NCBI GenBank assembly: GCA_963743915.1
Contig: CAVURN010000002.1
Location: forward strand, 384,001-448,000
Direction of reading: 5' to 3'
DNA: 64,000 nucleotides
From: an uncultured Actinomycetota bacterium
Lineage (GTDB): Bacteria; Actinomycetota; Actinomycetes; JAHEKZ01
The notes under the pieces are model-generated. The model made no database searches and was not told the origin of the DNA. It was given only the letters and a program-made list of their open reading frames with translations. Shown one piece after another: positions 33,152 to 43,972 of this stretch; positions within the stretch are counted from its first letter, which is position 1; each line of letters starts with the position of its first letter. The translations under genes were made by a program, and so were the position numbers.

Positions 33152-34473
33152 ATGGACTCCCCCACCGTCAGCCTCGTCGACAGGGTCCGCGACCTGATGG
33201 ATGCGCTCGCGCCGGTGCGCGAGGTGAGCGACCCGGCGCTGCGTGACGAGATCGTCGCCTGCGACCGCGCCGCCCAGATGCTGATGGCGCGCCAGGCGGC
33301 GCTGATGGCGGAGGTGGGGCGCAGGGCGGCAGCTGAGGACCGGGGCGAGGAGCAGCGTCGTGGTCGTCCCTTGGCGCCGCACGAGCGTCGTGCCGAGTTC
33401 GTGGCCGACGAGGTGGCTGTCACCCTGTCCATCACCAAGATGGCTGCAGCCGGCCGCTACGACACGGCCGTGGAGCCGCCCGTGACTACGAGCCGCTCAT
33501 GGCTGCGTGGGCACGGGGCGAGATCGACGCAGCGCAAGGTCGACGTCGTCGTCGACGCACTGCGCGACGTCGACCCGTGTTCGCCGACGCTCTGGCCGAC
33601 TCCGCCGTTCGCGTACGCCGGCACCCACACCGCCCCGCAGCTGCGCCAGTGGCTCGCGCGACGCGTGGTCGCCGCTGACCCCGGCGCCGCCGAGATCCGC
33701 AGGGCACGCGCCACTGCCGAGCGTCGGGTGACTGCTGACTCCCCGTGCAGACGGGGTCGTCCGAGCTGTGGGCGCTCCTGCCCTCAGTCCAGGCACGCCA
33801 GATCTACGACACGGCCAACGCAGCTCGCCCTGGCCGCGGCGACCGACGACGTCCGCACCATGGACCAACGTCGCGCGGACGCGCTGTTCGACCTCCTCAC
33901 CGGACGGGCCGATCCCCCACAGGTACAGGTGCAGGTCGTGGTGCCGGCGACACGCTGCTCGGAGAAGGCGCCGAGCCCGGATTCATCCCGGGGTTAGGCC
34001 CCGTCACGGCCGGTGAGGCACTTCAGATGGCGGGATTCGCCTCTGGAGGCGGCTGCGGCGTTGCCGTCGATCTCGAGGTGATGTGGCGCCGGCTCCTCGC
34101 CGACCCGGACAGTGGCGTCCTGACGGACGTGGCCGAGCGTCAGTACCGGCCCTCCGCCGCTCTCGAACGGGCTGTGCGGACGCGAGACGTCACGTGCCGA
34201 TTCCCCGGATGTCGACGCGCCGCCGCGAGCAGGGGCGTCGACCTCGACCACACCGTGCCCTGGCCCAGCGGCCCGACGTCAGCACACAACTTGGTCGCCC
34301 TGTGCCGTCACCACCACTTGGTGAAGCACTCCCCTGGCTGGTCCGCCGCACTGCACAAGGACGGCGGTCTCGAGTGGACGACGCCAGGTGGGCGCCGGCT
34401 GGTCACCGAGCCGTGGCAGTACAGCAGCGCGCTCGACGACATGGTCCTCCACGACACCGGACCACCTGGCTGA
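33152..34473 (+). CDS. DUF222 + HNH endonuclease (13E12-like); several frameshifts (error or pseudogene)
   Basis: EFVADEVA, DQRRADALFDL, YRPSAAL..VRTRDVTCRFPGC..DLDHTVPWP.GPT..HNLVALCRHHHLVKH. Confidence 0.85.
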
Positions 34474-34487
34474 AGCCCCCGTCCACT

Positions 34488-35414
34488 TCACTCGTCGCGC
34501 AGCACCACGAGCGCGTGCTCAAGGTCGTCCGGGTAGGGCGACGTGAACCGCACTTCCTCGCCGGTCGCAGGATGGACGAACCCCAGCTCGCGCGCGTGCA
34601 ACCACTGCCGCGACAGGCCCAGGCGCGCCGACAGCGTGGGGTCGGCGCCATAGGTCAGGTCGCCGACACAGGGGTGACGCAGCGCACTCATGTGCACGCG
34701 GATCTGGTGCGTCCGGCCGGTCTCCAGGTGGATCACGAGCAGACTGGCGGCACGGAAGGCCTCGAGCGTCTCGTAGTGGGTCACGCTCTCCTTGCCTGAG
34801 GCGACCACCGCCCACCGCCAGTCGTCCCGCGGGTGACGCCCGATCGGCGCGTCGACAGTCCCACGGCTCGGGTCCGGATGACCTTGCACCACCGCGTGGT
34901 ACACCTTGTCGACTGTCCGCTGCTTGAACGCCGCCTTCAGGGCGCTGTACGCCTGCTCCGACTTCGCGACGACCATCACGCCACTCGTGCCCACGTCGAG
35001 CCGATGCACGACGCCTTGACGCTCGGGTGCTCCGCTGGTGGAGATGCGGTACCCGGCGCCGGCCAGGCCGCCGACCACGGTCGGACCGTTCCATCCCGGG
35101 CTGGGGTGGGCTGCGACGCCGACGGGTTTGTCCACCACCACGATGTCGGCATCGTCGTGGAGCACCATCAGACCGGGAACAGGCTCGGCATCAACGACCA
35201 CCGGCGTGGCGACGTCCGGCAGCTCGATCTCCAGCCACGCTCCCGAGTGCACCCGCTCGCTCTTCAGCGGGGGCACACCGTCGACCAGGACCGCGCCGCC
35301 GGCGATGAGGTCCGCGGCCTTGGTGCGGGAGAGTCCGAAGAGCCGGGCCAGGGCCGCATCGACGCGCTCACCCTCCAGGCCCTCAGGCACGGTGAGGCTG
35401 CGGCGGTCGGACAC
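34488..35414 (-). CDS. RluA/RluD-family pseudouridine synthase
   Basis: S4 domain, [23 protein letters not shown]. Confidence 0.95.
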   Translation of the reverse strand: MSDRRSLTVPEGLEGERVDAALARLFGLSRTKAADLIAGGAVLVDGVPPLKSERVHSGAWLEIELPDVATPVVVDAEPVPGLMVLHDDADIVVVDKPVGVAAHPSPGWNGPTVVGGLAGAGYRISTSGAPERQGVVHRLDVGTSGVMVVAKSEQAYSALKAAFKQRTVDKVYHAVVQGHPDPSRGTVDAPIGRHPRDDWRWAVVASGKESVTHYETLEAFRAASLLVIHLETGRTHQIRVHMSALRHPCVGDLTYGADPTLSARLGLSRQWLHARELGFVHPATGEEVRFTSPYPDDLEHALVVLRDE

Positions 35415-35456
35415 CGGGCGAGGTTATCCCGTGCCCACCGTGTCCGACCGCACGCG

Positions 35457-35996
35457 TCAGCGAATCCGGGTGCCGTCGAGTCCGACGCCGCGGAACGACA
35501 GCCACACCATGAGCACGGCGGAGCAGAAGATGGCGCTGTCGGCCACATTGAACACCGGCCAGTTCGGTACTGAGATCCAGTCGACCACGTGCCCTCGGAA
35601 AGGACCCGGCTCACGGAGGATGCGGTCGGTCAGGTTCCCGAGTGCACCGCCGAGGATTCCACCGAGGGCGACGGCCCACGCCACCGATCCCAGCCGCGAC
35701 GCGACCCGGACGATGACGATCGAGACGCCCACCGCGATCGCGCTGAGGATGACGGTGAAGCTGCCTCCCATGCTGAACGCCGCGCCAGGGTTGAGCGTGT
35801 AGGTGATCTGGAGCCAGTCACCGAGCACCTCGATCGGAGGCCGATCCGTCATCGTCTGCTGCACCCACCACTTCGTGGCCTGGTCCAGCAGCAGCACCCC
35901 TGCGGCCACCCCGAGGGCGGTCCAGAGCGGGCGACGGGACGGACGGGTCTCGTCGCCGCTCAGCGACGTTCCTCGCGCTGCTTGCAGTCGACGCAC
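35457..35996 (-). CDS. lspA: Signal peptidase II (start uncertain)
   Basis: DQATK, NPGAAFS, GNLTDR, VVDWI, FNVAD. Confidence 0.95.
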   Translation of the reverse strand: MRRLQAARGTSLSGDETRPSRRPLWTALGVAAGVLLLDQATKWWVQQTMTDRPPIEVLGDWLQITYTLNPGAAFSMGGSFTVILSAIAVGVSIVIVRVASRLGSVAWAVALGGILGGALGNLTDRILREPGPFRGHVVDWISVPNWPVFNVADSAIFCSAVLMVWLSFRGVGLDGTRIR

Positions 35997-36880
35997 AGGG
36001 TCGCGCGCGGGAACGCCTCGAGGCGCATCTTCCCGATCGGCAGCCCGCAGCTCTCACACGTGCCGTAGGAGCCATCGGCGATCCGGGCGAGCGCATGCTC
36101 CACCTGTTCGAGCAGGTCGCGTGAGTTGTTGGCGACCGACATCTCGTGCTCACGCTCGAAGGTCTTGCTCCCTGCGTCGGCCTGGTCGTCACCAGAGCCG
36201 TCTCCGGAGTCCCGCAGGAGCTCATTGAGGTCCTCGACCGCCTCCGCGATCTCGGCCTCGAGACGGCGACGCTCCGCGAGCAGGACGCCCTTCATCTCGT
36301 TGCGCTCGGCCGGGGTCAAGGGTTTGCGCCCGCGGGCGCCGGGCGAGGGTTTCGCCGCGGCCTTGCTCGCCGCCACCTTGAGCGGAGCCGGCGGTTTCGC
36401 CGCCACCTTGGCGGGCTTGCCGACCGGCGGCGCGGCAGTGGCCTTCTTCGCCGGAGCCTTCTTGGCCACCGACTTCTTCGCCGGAGCCTTCTTCGCCGCG
36501 GCCTTCTTGGCCACCGGCTTCTTGGCAGGAGCCTTCTTCGCGACCGGCTTCTTGGCGGCGGCCTTCTTGACCGGCGCCTTCTTCGCCGGCGTCTTCTTCG
36601 CCACCGGCTTCTTGGCAGGAGCCTTCTTCGCGACCGGCTTCTTGACCGGCGCCTTCTTCGCCACCGACTTCTTCGCCGGAGCCTTCTTCGCGGCAGTCTT
36701 CTTCGTGGTCGGCTTCTTGGCGGCGGCCTTCTTGACCGGTGCCTTCTTCGCCGGCGTCTTCTTCGTCACGGCCCTCTTCGTTGCCTTTTTCTTGGTGGCC
36801 GCAGATGTGGCCCGGCGCGCGGGACGTGTCGACGTCCCACGAGACCGGGTCGTTCCCCCGCCCGACTTCCGCTGCGCCAT
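35960..36880 (-). CDS. DksA/TraR C4-zinc-finger protein with histone-H1-like N-terminus
   Basis: [21 protein letters not shown]...[15 protein letters not shown]; KKAPAKK repeats. Confidence 0.9.
   Translation of the reverse strand: MAQRKSGGGTTRSRGTSTRPARRATSAATKKKATKRAVTKKTPAKKAPVKKAAAKKPTTKKTAAKKAPAKKSVAKKAPVKKPVAKKAPAKKPVAKKTPAKKAPVKKAAAKKPVAKKAPAKKPVAKKAAAKKAPAKKSVAKKAPAKKATAAPPVGKPAKVAAKPPAPLKVAASKAAAKPSPGARGRKPLTPAERNEMKGVLLAERRRLEAEIAEAVEDLNELLRDSGDGSGDDQADAGSKTFEREHEMSVANNSRDLLEQVEHALARIADGSYGTCESCGLPIGKMRLEAFPRATLCVDCKQREERR
36440..36800 (-). repeat. Coding tandem ~15-nt repeat (KKxPx / KKxAx pentapeptides)
   Basis: Recurrent GCCTTCTTCGCCGG / GGCTTCTTGGC units. Confidence 0.9.
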
Positions 36881-36959
36881 GCGACCCTCCAGACCGGCTG
36901 TGGCATGGTCCGGGCGAGGATAGGCCCCCGCCCTGGCGCTCACCAAACCGCCCCGCCGG

Positions 36960-37277
36960 TCAGCACCGCTCCGGCTCAGCCAGGGCCTCCAGCCGCCGCT
37001 CGAGCTCGACCGGCCCGAGGGCCACCCGCAGCACCTTGCGACGGCTCGTGGCACCCCGGACCAACGACACCTGTCGGCGAGGGAGGCCGAGCGCGACGGC
37101 CACCGCCTCCAGCACCGCCTCGGTGGCGGCGCCGTCGACCGCCCGGGCCGTCACGCGCACCGCCAAGGCGCCGTCGTGCCGACCGCCCACCGCGCGGTGC
37201 GACGCCCCGGGGCGCACCCACACCGGCAGCAGCGACTCCTCGGAGGCTCCTGCTCGACGCGCACGGCTCCCGGTCAC
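36960..37277 (-). CDS. DUF167/YggU-family protein (true start probably later)
   Basis: [34 protein letters not shown]. Confidence 0.85.
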   Translation of the reverse strand: MTGSRARRAGASEESLLPVWVRPGASHRAVGGRHDGALAVRVTARAVDGAATEAVLEAVAVALGLPRRQVSLVRGATSRRKVLRVALGPVELERRLEALAEPERC

Positions 37278-37317
37278 CGCCCCATTGTGGCCAAGGCGGG
37301 TAGGATCCCGGAGACTG

Positions 37318-37560
37318 CACGGCGTCGACGGGACGAGTACCCGCGTCGTCCGGCCTCAAGAGCGAACCGGGGACGGTGTGAGCCCGGTGGTACCGGGCGC
37401 GGCGAACATCACCCCCGAGCTGCCGGAAGAGCGGGTCGCGACGCGACCCGGGTAGACCCGGCTGCAGCGACCTCGAGAGGGTGGTTCCGCGCGGCGGAGG
37501 CGCCAAGGAGGGTGGTACCGCGGGGCGGCCGGCGTGGCCGGTGGCCTCGTCCCTCCAGCG
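37318..37560 (+). ncRNA. Ile T-box riboswitch (translational type)
   Basis: AGUA, AGAG and GGUGUGA stem I motifs; specifier AUC 37408-37410; stem II; GAGGG-UGGUACC-GCG pairing with CGUCCCUCC; TAGGAT -10 at 37301. Confidence 0.9.
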
Positions 37561-37582
37561 ACGCGCACTCCCCGGAGGACTC

Positions 37583-40500
37583 ATGTACCGCGAGGTCCCG
37601 CCGCAGGTCGACCTGCCGGCACTCGAGCACGAGGTGCTCGAGCTGTGGCACGAGCAGGACACCTTCCACCGCAGCCTGAAGCAGCGTGCTGATGCCCCGA
37701 TGTGGGTCTTCTACGAGGGGCCCCCGACAGCGAACGGGACGCCCGGAACGCACCACATCGAGGCGCGGGTCTTCAAGGACGTCTTCCCGCGGTACCGCAC
37801 CATGAAGGGCTACCACGTCCCACGCAAGGGTGGCTGGGACTGTCACGGACTGCCGGTCGAGATCGCGGTGGAGAAGGAGCTCGGCTTCTCCGGCAAGCAG
37901 GACATCGAGGAGTACGGCGTCGCCGAGTTCAACGCCAAGTGCCGCGAGTCGGTCCTTCGCCATGTCGACGCCTTCGAGCAGATGACCGAACGCATGGGGT
38001 ACTGGGTCGACACCGACCAGGCCTACTGGACGATGAATCCGGAGTACGTGGACAGCCTCTGGTGGGCGCTGCAGCAGATCCACGCCAAGGGATTGCTCGT
38101 GGAGGATCACCGGGTCGCCCCCTACTGTCCGCGCTGCGGCACCGGACTGTCCGACCACGAGCTCGCCCAGGGATACGAGACCGTGGTCGACCCCTCGGTC
38201 TACGTCCGCTTCCCGCTCACGTCGGGACCTTTCGCCGACGCCGACGCATCGCTGCTGGTGTGGACGACCACTCCCTGGACGTTGGTGTCGAACACGGCGG
38301 TGGCCGTCCACCCTCAGGTGGAGTACGTGCTGGCGCGTACCGGTGACGGTGAGCACCTCGTGGTCGCTGCTCCCCTGCTCGAAGAGGCCCTGGGCTCGGA
38401 CGCGACCGAGGTCCGCAGACTCACCGGGGCCGAGCTGGTCGGGTCGGGCTACCGCGCACCGTTCGACCTGGTCGAGATCCCTGAAGGCCCCGCCGTTCAC
38501 ACCGTGGTCGCAGCGGAGTACGTCACCGTCACCGACGGCACGGGGCTGGTGCACCTCGCCCCAGCGTTCGGCCCCGACGACCTGGCAGTCGGTCGCGCGG
38601 TCGGTCTGCCGGTGGTCAACCCGATGCTGCCCACCGGTGAGTTCGGTCCCGACGTCTCCCTCGTCGGGGGTGTCTTCTTCAAGAAGGCCGACGAGCAGCT
38701 GGTGGCCGATCTCGGGCAGCGCGGCCTGCTCTTCCGCCACGTGCCCTACGAGCACTCCTACCCGCACTGCTGGCGCTGCCACACGCCGCTGATGTACTAC
38801 GCGCAGCCCTCGTGGTACATCCGGACGACGGCCATCAAGGACGAGCTGCTCGCGCAGAACGACGCCACCCAGTGGTACCCCGAGTCCATCAAGTACGGCC
38901 GTTACGGCGACTGGCTCGAGAACAACATCGACTGGGCGCTCTCCCGCAACCGCTACTGGGGCACGCCGCTGCCCATCTGGCGCTGCGAGCAGCAGCACCT
39001 GACCGTGGTCGGATCGCGCGCCGAGCTCGCCGAGCTCGCGGGGGCCGACCTGCACACGATGGATCCGCACCGACCGTTCGTCGACGAGGTGACGTTGCCG
39101 TGCCCCGAGTGCGGTGCGGCCGCTTCACGGGTGCCCGAGGTGGTCGACGTCTGGTTCGACTCCGGGTGCATGCCCTTCGCGCAGTGGGGCTTTCCCCACC
39201 AGGGCGAGGAGACCTTCCGCGCTCAGTACCCCGCCGACTACATCTGCGAGGCCATCGACCAGACGCGTGGCTGGTTCTACACGCTCATGACCGTGGGCAC
39301 CCTCGTGTTCGACCAGTCCGCGTATCGCAACGTGCTCTGCCTCGGCCACATCCTCGACAAGGACGGCCGCAAGATGAGCAAGCACCTCGGCAACGTGCTC
39401 GAGCCGATGCCGCTCATGGAGCGGCACGGGGCCGACGCGGTGCGATGGTTCATGTTCGCCAGCGGCTCACCGTGGTCGGCCCGACGGGTCAGCCACGAGT
39501 CGATCCAGGAGGTCGTGCGCAAGACGCTGCTGACCTACTGGAACACGGTGTCGTTCCAGGCGCTCTACGCGCGGCTGGCAGGCTGGACGCCCGGTGCGGA
39601 TGACCCCGACGTCGAGACGCGCCCGCTGATGGACCGCTGGCTGGCCTCGCGCACCCAACAGCTCGCGGCGTCGGTCGATGCCGCCCTGGACGACTTCGAC
39701 GCGGCCGGGGCAGGGACGCACATCGCGGCGTTCATCGACGAGCTCTCCAACTGGTACGTGCGGCGCTCGCGTCGGCGCTTCTGGGACGGCGACCCGGCGG
39801 CACTCCGGACGTTGCACGACGCCCTCACGACGCTCACCCTGGTGATGGCACCGCTCACCCCCTTCGTGACCGAGCGCGTGTGGCAGGACCTCGTCCGTCC
39901 GACCACGCCAGGCGCGCCGGACTCGGTCCACCTCGCCGACTGGCCCGACTCGGCGACGACGGCTGTCGACCTCGAGCTCGCGCAGCAGATGGCGCTCGTG
40001 CGCCGTCTCGTCGAGCTGGGTCGTGCCGCCCGGGCCAGCACCGGCGTCAAGACGCGCCAGCCGCTCGGTCGTGCCCTGGTCTCGGCACCCGGCTGGGAGC
40101 AGCTGCCGGACGAGCTGCGGCGCGAGCTGGCCGCCGAGCTCAACGTCCAGGAGATCGAGGCCCTCAGCAGCGTGGAGGGAGAGCTGGTCTCCGTGTCCGC
40201 CAAGGCCAACTTCCGCTCCCTCGGAAAGCGGTTCGGGGCGCGGACGCCGGCGGTCGCCGCCGCGATCGCGGCGGTCGACCCCCATGTGCTGCATCGCGAC
40301 CTCTCCTCCGGTGGCACCACCTCGGTCGAGGTCGAGGGGGAGCTGGTCGACGTCGGCGGCCGACGAGGTCGTCCTCACCGAGACGCCGCGCGAGGGGTGG
40401 GCGGTGCACCACGAGGGCGGCGAGAGCATCGCTCTCGACCTGACGCTGACCCCGGAGCTGCGCCTGCTCGGGCTCTCCCGCGACGTCGTCCGCCAGGTCC

Positions 40501-40709
40501 AGGAGGCCCGCAAGTCGTCCGGGCTCCAGGTCTCGGACCGGATCGCCCTGCGATGGCAGGCGGACGGTGAGGTCAGGGACGCGGTGCTGGCCCACGGATC
40601 GGCGATCGCCGCCGAGGTCCTGGCGACCACCATGAGCCAGGAGGAGCCGGAGGGCACGGTCTTCACCGACGACGAGACGGGACTGCGCTTCTCCGTCACC
40701 CTCACCTGA
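37583..40709 (+). CDS. ileS: Isoleucyl-tRNA synthetase type 2 (frameshift near 40355)
   Basis: FYEGPPTANG.PGTHH, GWDCHGLP, WTTTPWTL, DWALSRNRYWG, DQTRGWF, KMSKH, LSNWYVRRSRRRF. Confidence 0.96.
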
Positions 40710-40876
40710 GTCGCTCGCTCTCGGACGGTGCGAGCCGGCGGCTTGATCACCCCGATGGGGCGTCGTTACCGAAATCACCCGAATGGAGTAGCCAACCGGC
40801 CAGCACCTCTGACCGATACCTAACCAACGGCTCGCACCCCGAGTCGTCCGGTCGGCACAGCACACGGAGGACTGCC

Positions 40877-41347
40877 ATGGTGCAACCACTCGCCGCCTCG
40901 AACCCCGCGACGATCCCCCAGGTGCGGCTCAAGGCCAACGCAGTGGCCGTCCCTGCGCTTGCGAGCAACGTCCGCCCCGCCCTGGTGCTGGCCGAGCGCG
41001 AGAGCCGTCAGCTCATCGAGAGCGGCAAGCAGCACGACATCACGATGGGCGGCATCTTCTGCGTCAGCCCCACCGGCATCCAGGTGTGGGACCGCCCGTG
41101 GATGAGCCCCGAGCAGGGCCCTGGCGAGTCGGTCCACCTCGGATCGGTCGACTGGACCTACGACACCCCGGTCAAGCACTACGTCACGATCTACCGCGCC
41201 ATGGTCACCGAGCACGGCATCAGCGCCGGCGAGACCACCCTGTCGATCCTGACCAAGGTCCTCGGCCTCACCGGCATCCCGATCGACGGCGCCCGGATCT
41301 CGATGCCCGCGCCGCCCCCTCGCGACCCGTTCCGCAGGCGGATCTGA
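40877..41347 (+). CDS. Hypothetical 156-aa protein
   Basis: GGAGG SD, strong GC3 codon bias, own terminator; no family recognised. Confidence 0.8.
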   Translation: MVQPLAASNPATIPQVRLKANAVAVPALASNVRPALVLAERESRQLIESGKQHDITMGGIFCVSPTGIQVWDRPWMSPEQGPGESVHLGSVDWTYDTPVKHYVTIYRAMVTEHGISAGETTLSILTKVLGLTGIPIDGARISMPAPPPRDPFRRRI

Positions 41348-41357
41348 CCTGAGCACG

Positions 41358-41390
41358 ACGAAGCCCCGGCCAGGGTGGCCGGGGCTTCGT
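41358..41390. terminator. Bidirectional hairpin between convergent genes
   Basis: ACGAAGCCCCGGCCA-GGG-TGGCCGGGGCTTCGT, perfect 15-bp stem. Confidence 0.85.
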
Positions 41391-41401
41391 GCTGCCGGAG
41401 G

Positions 41402-42343
41402 TCAGGACCCCGCAGGTGGACTGCTGGGCGGTCCGCTCGGCGGACTGCTGGGGGCCGATGCCGGACGCGGTGCGGCCTGCTGCGGAGGAGCCTGGGACGG
41501 CGCCGGAGCACTGCTCGGAGGTGCCGCCGGGGGCTGCGCCGGAGGCTGGGCTGGAGCGGTCGGCGGAGCCGACGGCGGCTGGGTCGCCGGCGGGGTCGTT
41601 GGCTGCGTCGTTGGCTGCGTCGTTGGCTGGGCCGCCGGGCGCGGTGCTGCGGGCGGGGCCGACGGCGGCTGGGCAGCCGGTTGGGCCGGCTGGGCCGGCG
41701 CCGAGGACACCGCCTGTGCTGCCGGCCGTGGTGCCGGTGTCTGCGGAGCGGCCTGCGGCTGTCCCGCGCCCGACGGTGCCGCCTCACCCCGCGCGGTCAG
41801 CTCACGCAGCTGCTGCTCGAGGTAGGACTTCAGCCGGGTGCGGTACTCACGCTCGAACGAGCGCAGCTCGTCGACCTGCTTCTCCAGGGCGCTGCGCTCC
41901 CCGGCCAGGGCCGCCATCGCCGCCTGGTGCTTGCTGGCAGCCTCACGTTCGGCGTTCTCGGCCTTGCTGCGCGCGGTGGCCAACAGGGTGTCGGCCTCCG
42001 AGCGCGCGGAGGCCACGACCTCGTCGGCGGTCCGCTCGGCCACGGCGAGCAGACGAGCCGCCTGCTCGGCGCTGGACGAGGGCTGTGGCGCCACCGGCGC
42101 CGCGGGAGCTACGGGCGCCGCAGGTGCAGCCGGGGCGGGAGTCGCCGCAGGCGTCGGCGCGGCGGCAACTGCCGGCCGAGCGGCGAGCTGAGCCTTCAGC
42201 GACTCGTTCTCGGCGATGAGTCGTCGCAGCTCGGCAGCGACCTGGTCGAGGAACGCATCGACCTCGTCCTCGTCGTAGCCGGCGTTGCGCTTCTTCGACG
42301 TCTGGAACAGGACGTTCTGGACGTCTTCGGGAGTCAGGGGCAT
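41402..42343 (-). CDS. divIVA: DivIVA/Wag31 with P/A/Q/S/T-rich tail
   Basis: MPLTPEDV..F..GYDEDEVDAFLD, LRSFEREYRTRLKSYLE. Confidence 0.95.
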   Translation of the reverse strand: MPLTPEDVQNVLFQTSKKRNAGYDEDEVDAFLDQVAAELRRLIAENESLKAQLAARPAVAAAPTPAATPAPAAPAAPVAPAAPVAPQPSSSAEQAARLLAVAERTADEVVASARSEADTLLATARSKAENAEREAASKHQAAMAALAGERSALEKQVDELRSFEREYRTRLKSYLEQQLRELTARGEAAPSGAGQPQAAPQTPAPRPAAQAVSSAPAQPAQPAAQPPSAPPAAPRPAAQPTTQPTTQPTTPPATQPPSAPPTAPAQPPAQPPAAPPSSAPAPSQAPPQQAAPRPASAPSSPPSGPPSSPPAGS

Positions 42344-42399
42344 CAGGTCTCCTCCGAGTGCCTAGATCAGGAGAACCCTAGCGTCCGCGACGGCACGCG

Positions 42400-42693
42400 T
42401 CAGGCACGGGCCAGTCCACCGAGGATGCCGATGAGCACCTGGACGCCGATGAACAGCACGAGGACCGCCAGGTCGAAGGCGACGGCGCCGATGCGCAGCG
42501 GCGGGATCACCTTGCGCAGCGCCTTGATCGGCGGATCGGTGATGGTGAAGACGAGCTCGAAGAGCACCAGCACCACACCGCCGGGACGGAAGTCGCGGGC
42601 GAAGATCTGCAGCAGGTCGATCACCACGCGGGCGATCAGGCAGATGAGAAAGGCGTAGAGCAGGTAGATGAGGATCGCGAAGACGAGGTCCAT
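42400..42693 (-). CDS. YggT-family membrane protein
   Basis: TITDPPIKALRKVIPPLRIG...DL. Confidence 0.92.
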   Translation of the reverse strand: MDLVFAILIYLLYAFLICLIARVVIDLLQIFARDFRPGGVVLVLFELVFTITDPPIKALRKVIPPLRIGAVAFDLAVLVLFIGVQVLIGILGGLARA

Positions 42694-42700
42694 GAAGGGG

Positions 42701-43177
42701 TCAGCTCTGGTTGAAGAACCCGCCCTGCGCCATCCGCTCCTTCTCCTCGGCGGTCACGACCACGTTGGCCGGTGAGAGCAGGAACACCTTCTGCGTGACC
42801 CGCTCGATGGTGCCGTGGAGCCCGAAGACGATGCCGGCGGCGAAGTCCACGATGCGCTTGGCATCCCCGTCGTCCATCTCCGACAGGTTCATGATGACCG
42901 GCGTGCCGTCACGGAACGCTTCGCCGATGGCTCGGGCGTCGTTGTACGTGCGCGGGTGGAGGGTCGTGATGCGCGACGCGGTGGCCGTCGCCGACCCGAC
43001 CTCACGCACCGGTGCGACGGCAGCGGCGCGGGCGGGGGGTGTCTCGTGGTCCCGCACGGCGTGCAGGGAGCGGGTGCGGTCGTCGTACTCGCTGTCGTAC
43101 TCCTCGTACTCGTCGTACTGGTCACCGTTCTCGACCAGTCCGAGATACACCGCCATCTTGCGCATTGCGCCGGCCAT
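42701..43177 (-). CDS. sepF: Cell division protein SepF
   Basis: [37 protein letters not shown]. Confidence 0.96.
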   Translation of the reverse strand: MAGAMRKMAVYLGLVENGDQYDEYEEYDSEYDDRTRSLHAVRDHETPPARAAAVAPVREVGSATATASRITTLHPRTYNDARAIGEAFRDGTPVIMNLSEMDDGDAKRIVDFAAGIVFGLHGTIERVTQKVFLLSPANVVVTAEEKERMAQGGFFNQS

Positions 43178-43254
43178 GCGTCAGACCCCTTCGTCTCGTG
43201 CGGCCGGGTCCGGTGGGAGCACTCCCCCCGGGACACCGGTCGTCCCCCAGCACG

Positions 43255-43968
43255 CTACCCGACCGGAGGCCGGTACCCGAGGACCGCGCTGCCCAGTCGC
43301 ACCTGTGTCGCGCCGTGCCGGACGGCGGCCTCCAGGTCGGCCGACATGCCGGCGGAGACCACGGTGGCGGCCGGATGCTCGGCGGTCACCTCGGCCGCGA
43401 TCTCGGCCAGGCGGGCGAAGGCGGGGTCGGGGTCGGAGTCCAGCGGCGCGACGGCCATCACCCCACGAAGCGTCAACCCCGGCGCCTCGGCCACGGCGGT
43501 CGCCAGCCCGGGGACGTCCTGCGGTGCCGCTCCTCCCCGGCCCGGGCGGTCGTCCAGGCACACCTGCACCAGCACCTCGAGGGGTCGGCCGGTCGACTCC
43601 ACGGCGTGGCTCAGTGCCCGGACCAGCTTCGGGCGGTCGACCGACTCGACCATGTGCGCGTACTGCGCCACCGAACGCGCCTTGTTGCTCTGCAGCTGTC
43701 CGATGAAATGCCACACCAGCGACAGGTCAGCGACCGCCTCCGCCTTGGGTCGGGCCTCCTGGTCGCGGTTCTCCCCGACGTGACGCACCCCGAGGTCGGC
43801 GAGCGTCACCAGGTCGGAGACCGGGAAGGTCTTCGTGACGACGACCAGGTCGACACTTCCGGGCGCTCGCCCGGCGGCCCGCTCAGCGGCTGCGATGCGG
43901 GCACGGGCGGACGCCAGGCCCGCCTCGATCTCGGCCCGACGGGCATCGCTCGCGCGTGGGAGGGTCAC
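43255..43968 (-). CDS. YggS PLP-homeostasis protein
   Basis: VVTK, GENRDQE, WHFIGQLQSNK, SAGMSAD, VRLGSA. Confidence 0.94.
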   Translation of the reverse strand: MTLPRASDARRAEIEAGLASARARIAAAERAAGRAPGSVDLVVVTKTFPVSDLVTLADLGVRHVGENRDQEARPKAEAVADLSLVWHFIGQLQSNKARSVAQYAHMVESVDRPKLVRALSHAVESTGRPLEVLVQVCLDDRPGRGGAAPQDVPGLATAVAEAPGLTLRGVMAVAPLDSDPDPAFARLAEIAAEVTAEHPAATVVSAGMSADLEAAVRHGATQVRLGSAVLGYRPPVG

Positions 43969-43972
43969 CCGG

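Noticed and set aside
36440-36800. Repeat array as CRISPR
   Set aside because: In-frame coding repeats with no unique spacers and no cas genes; the same applies to 57080-57245.
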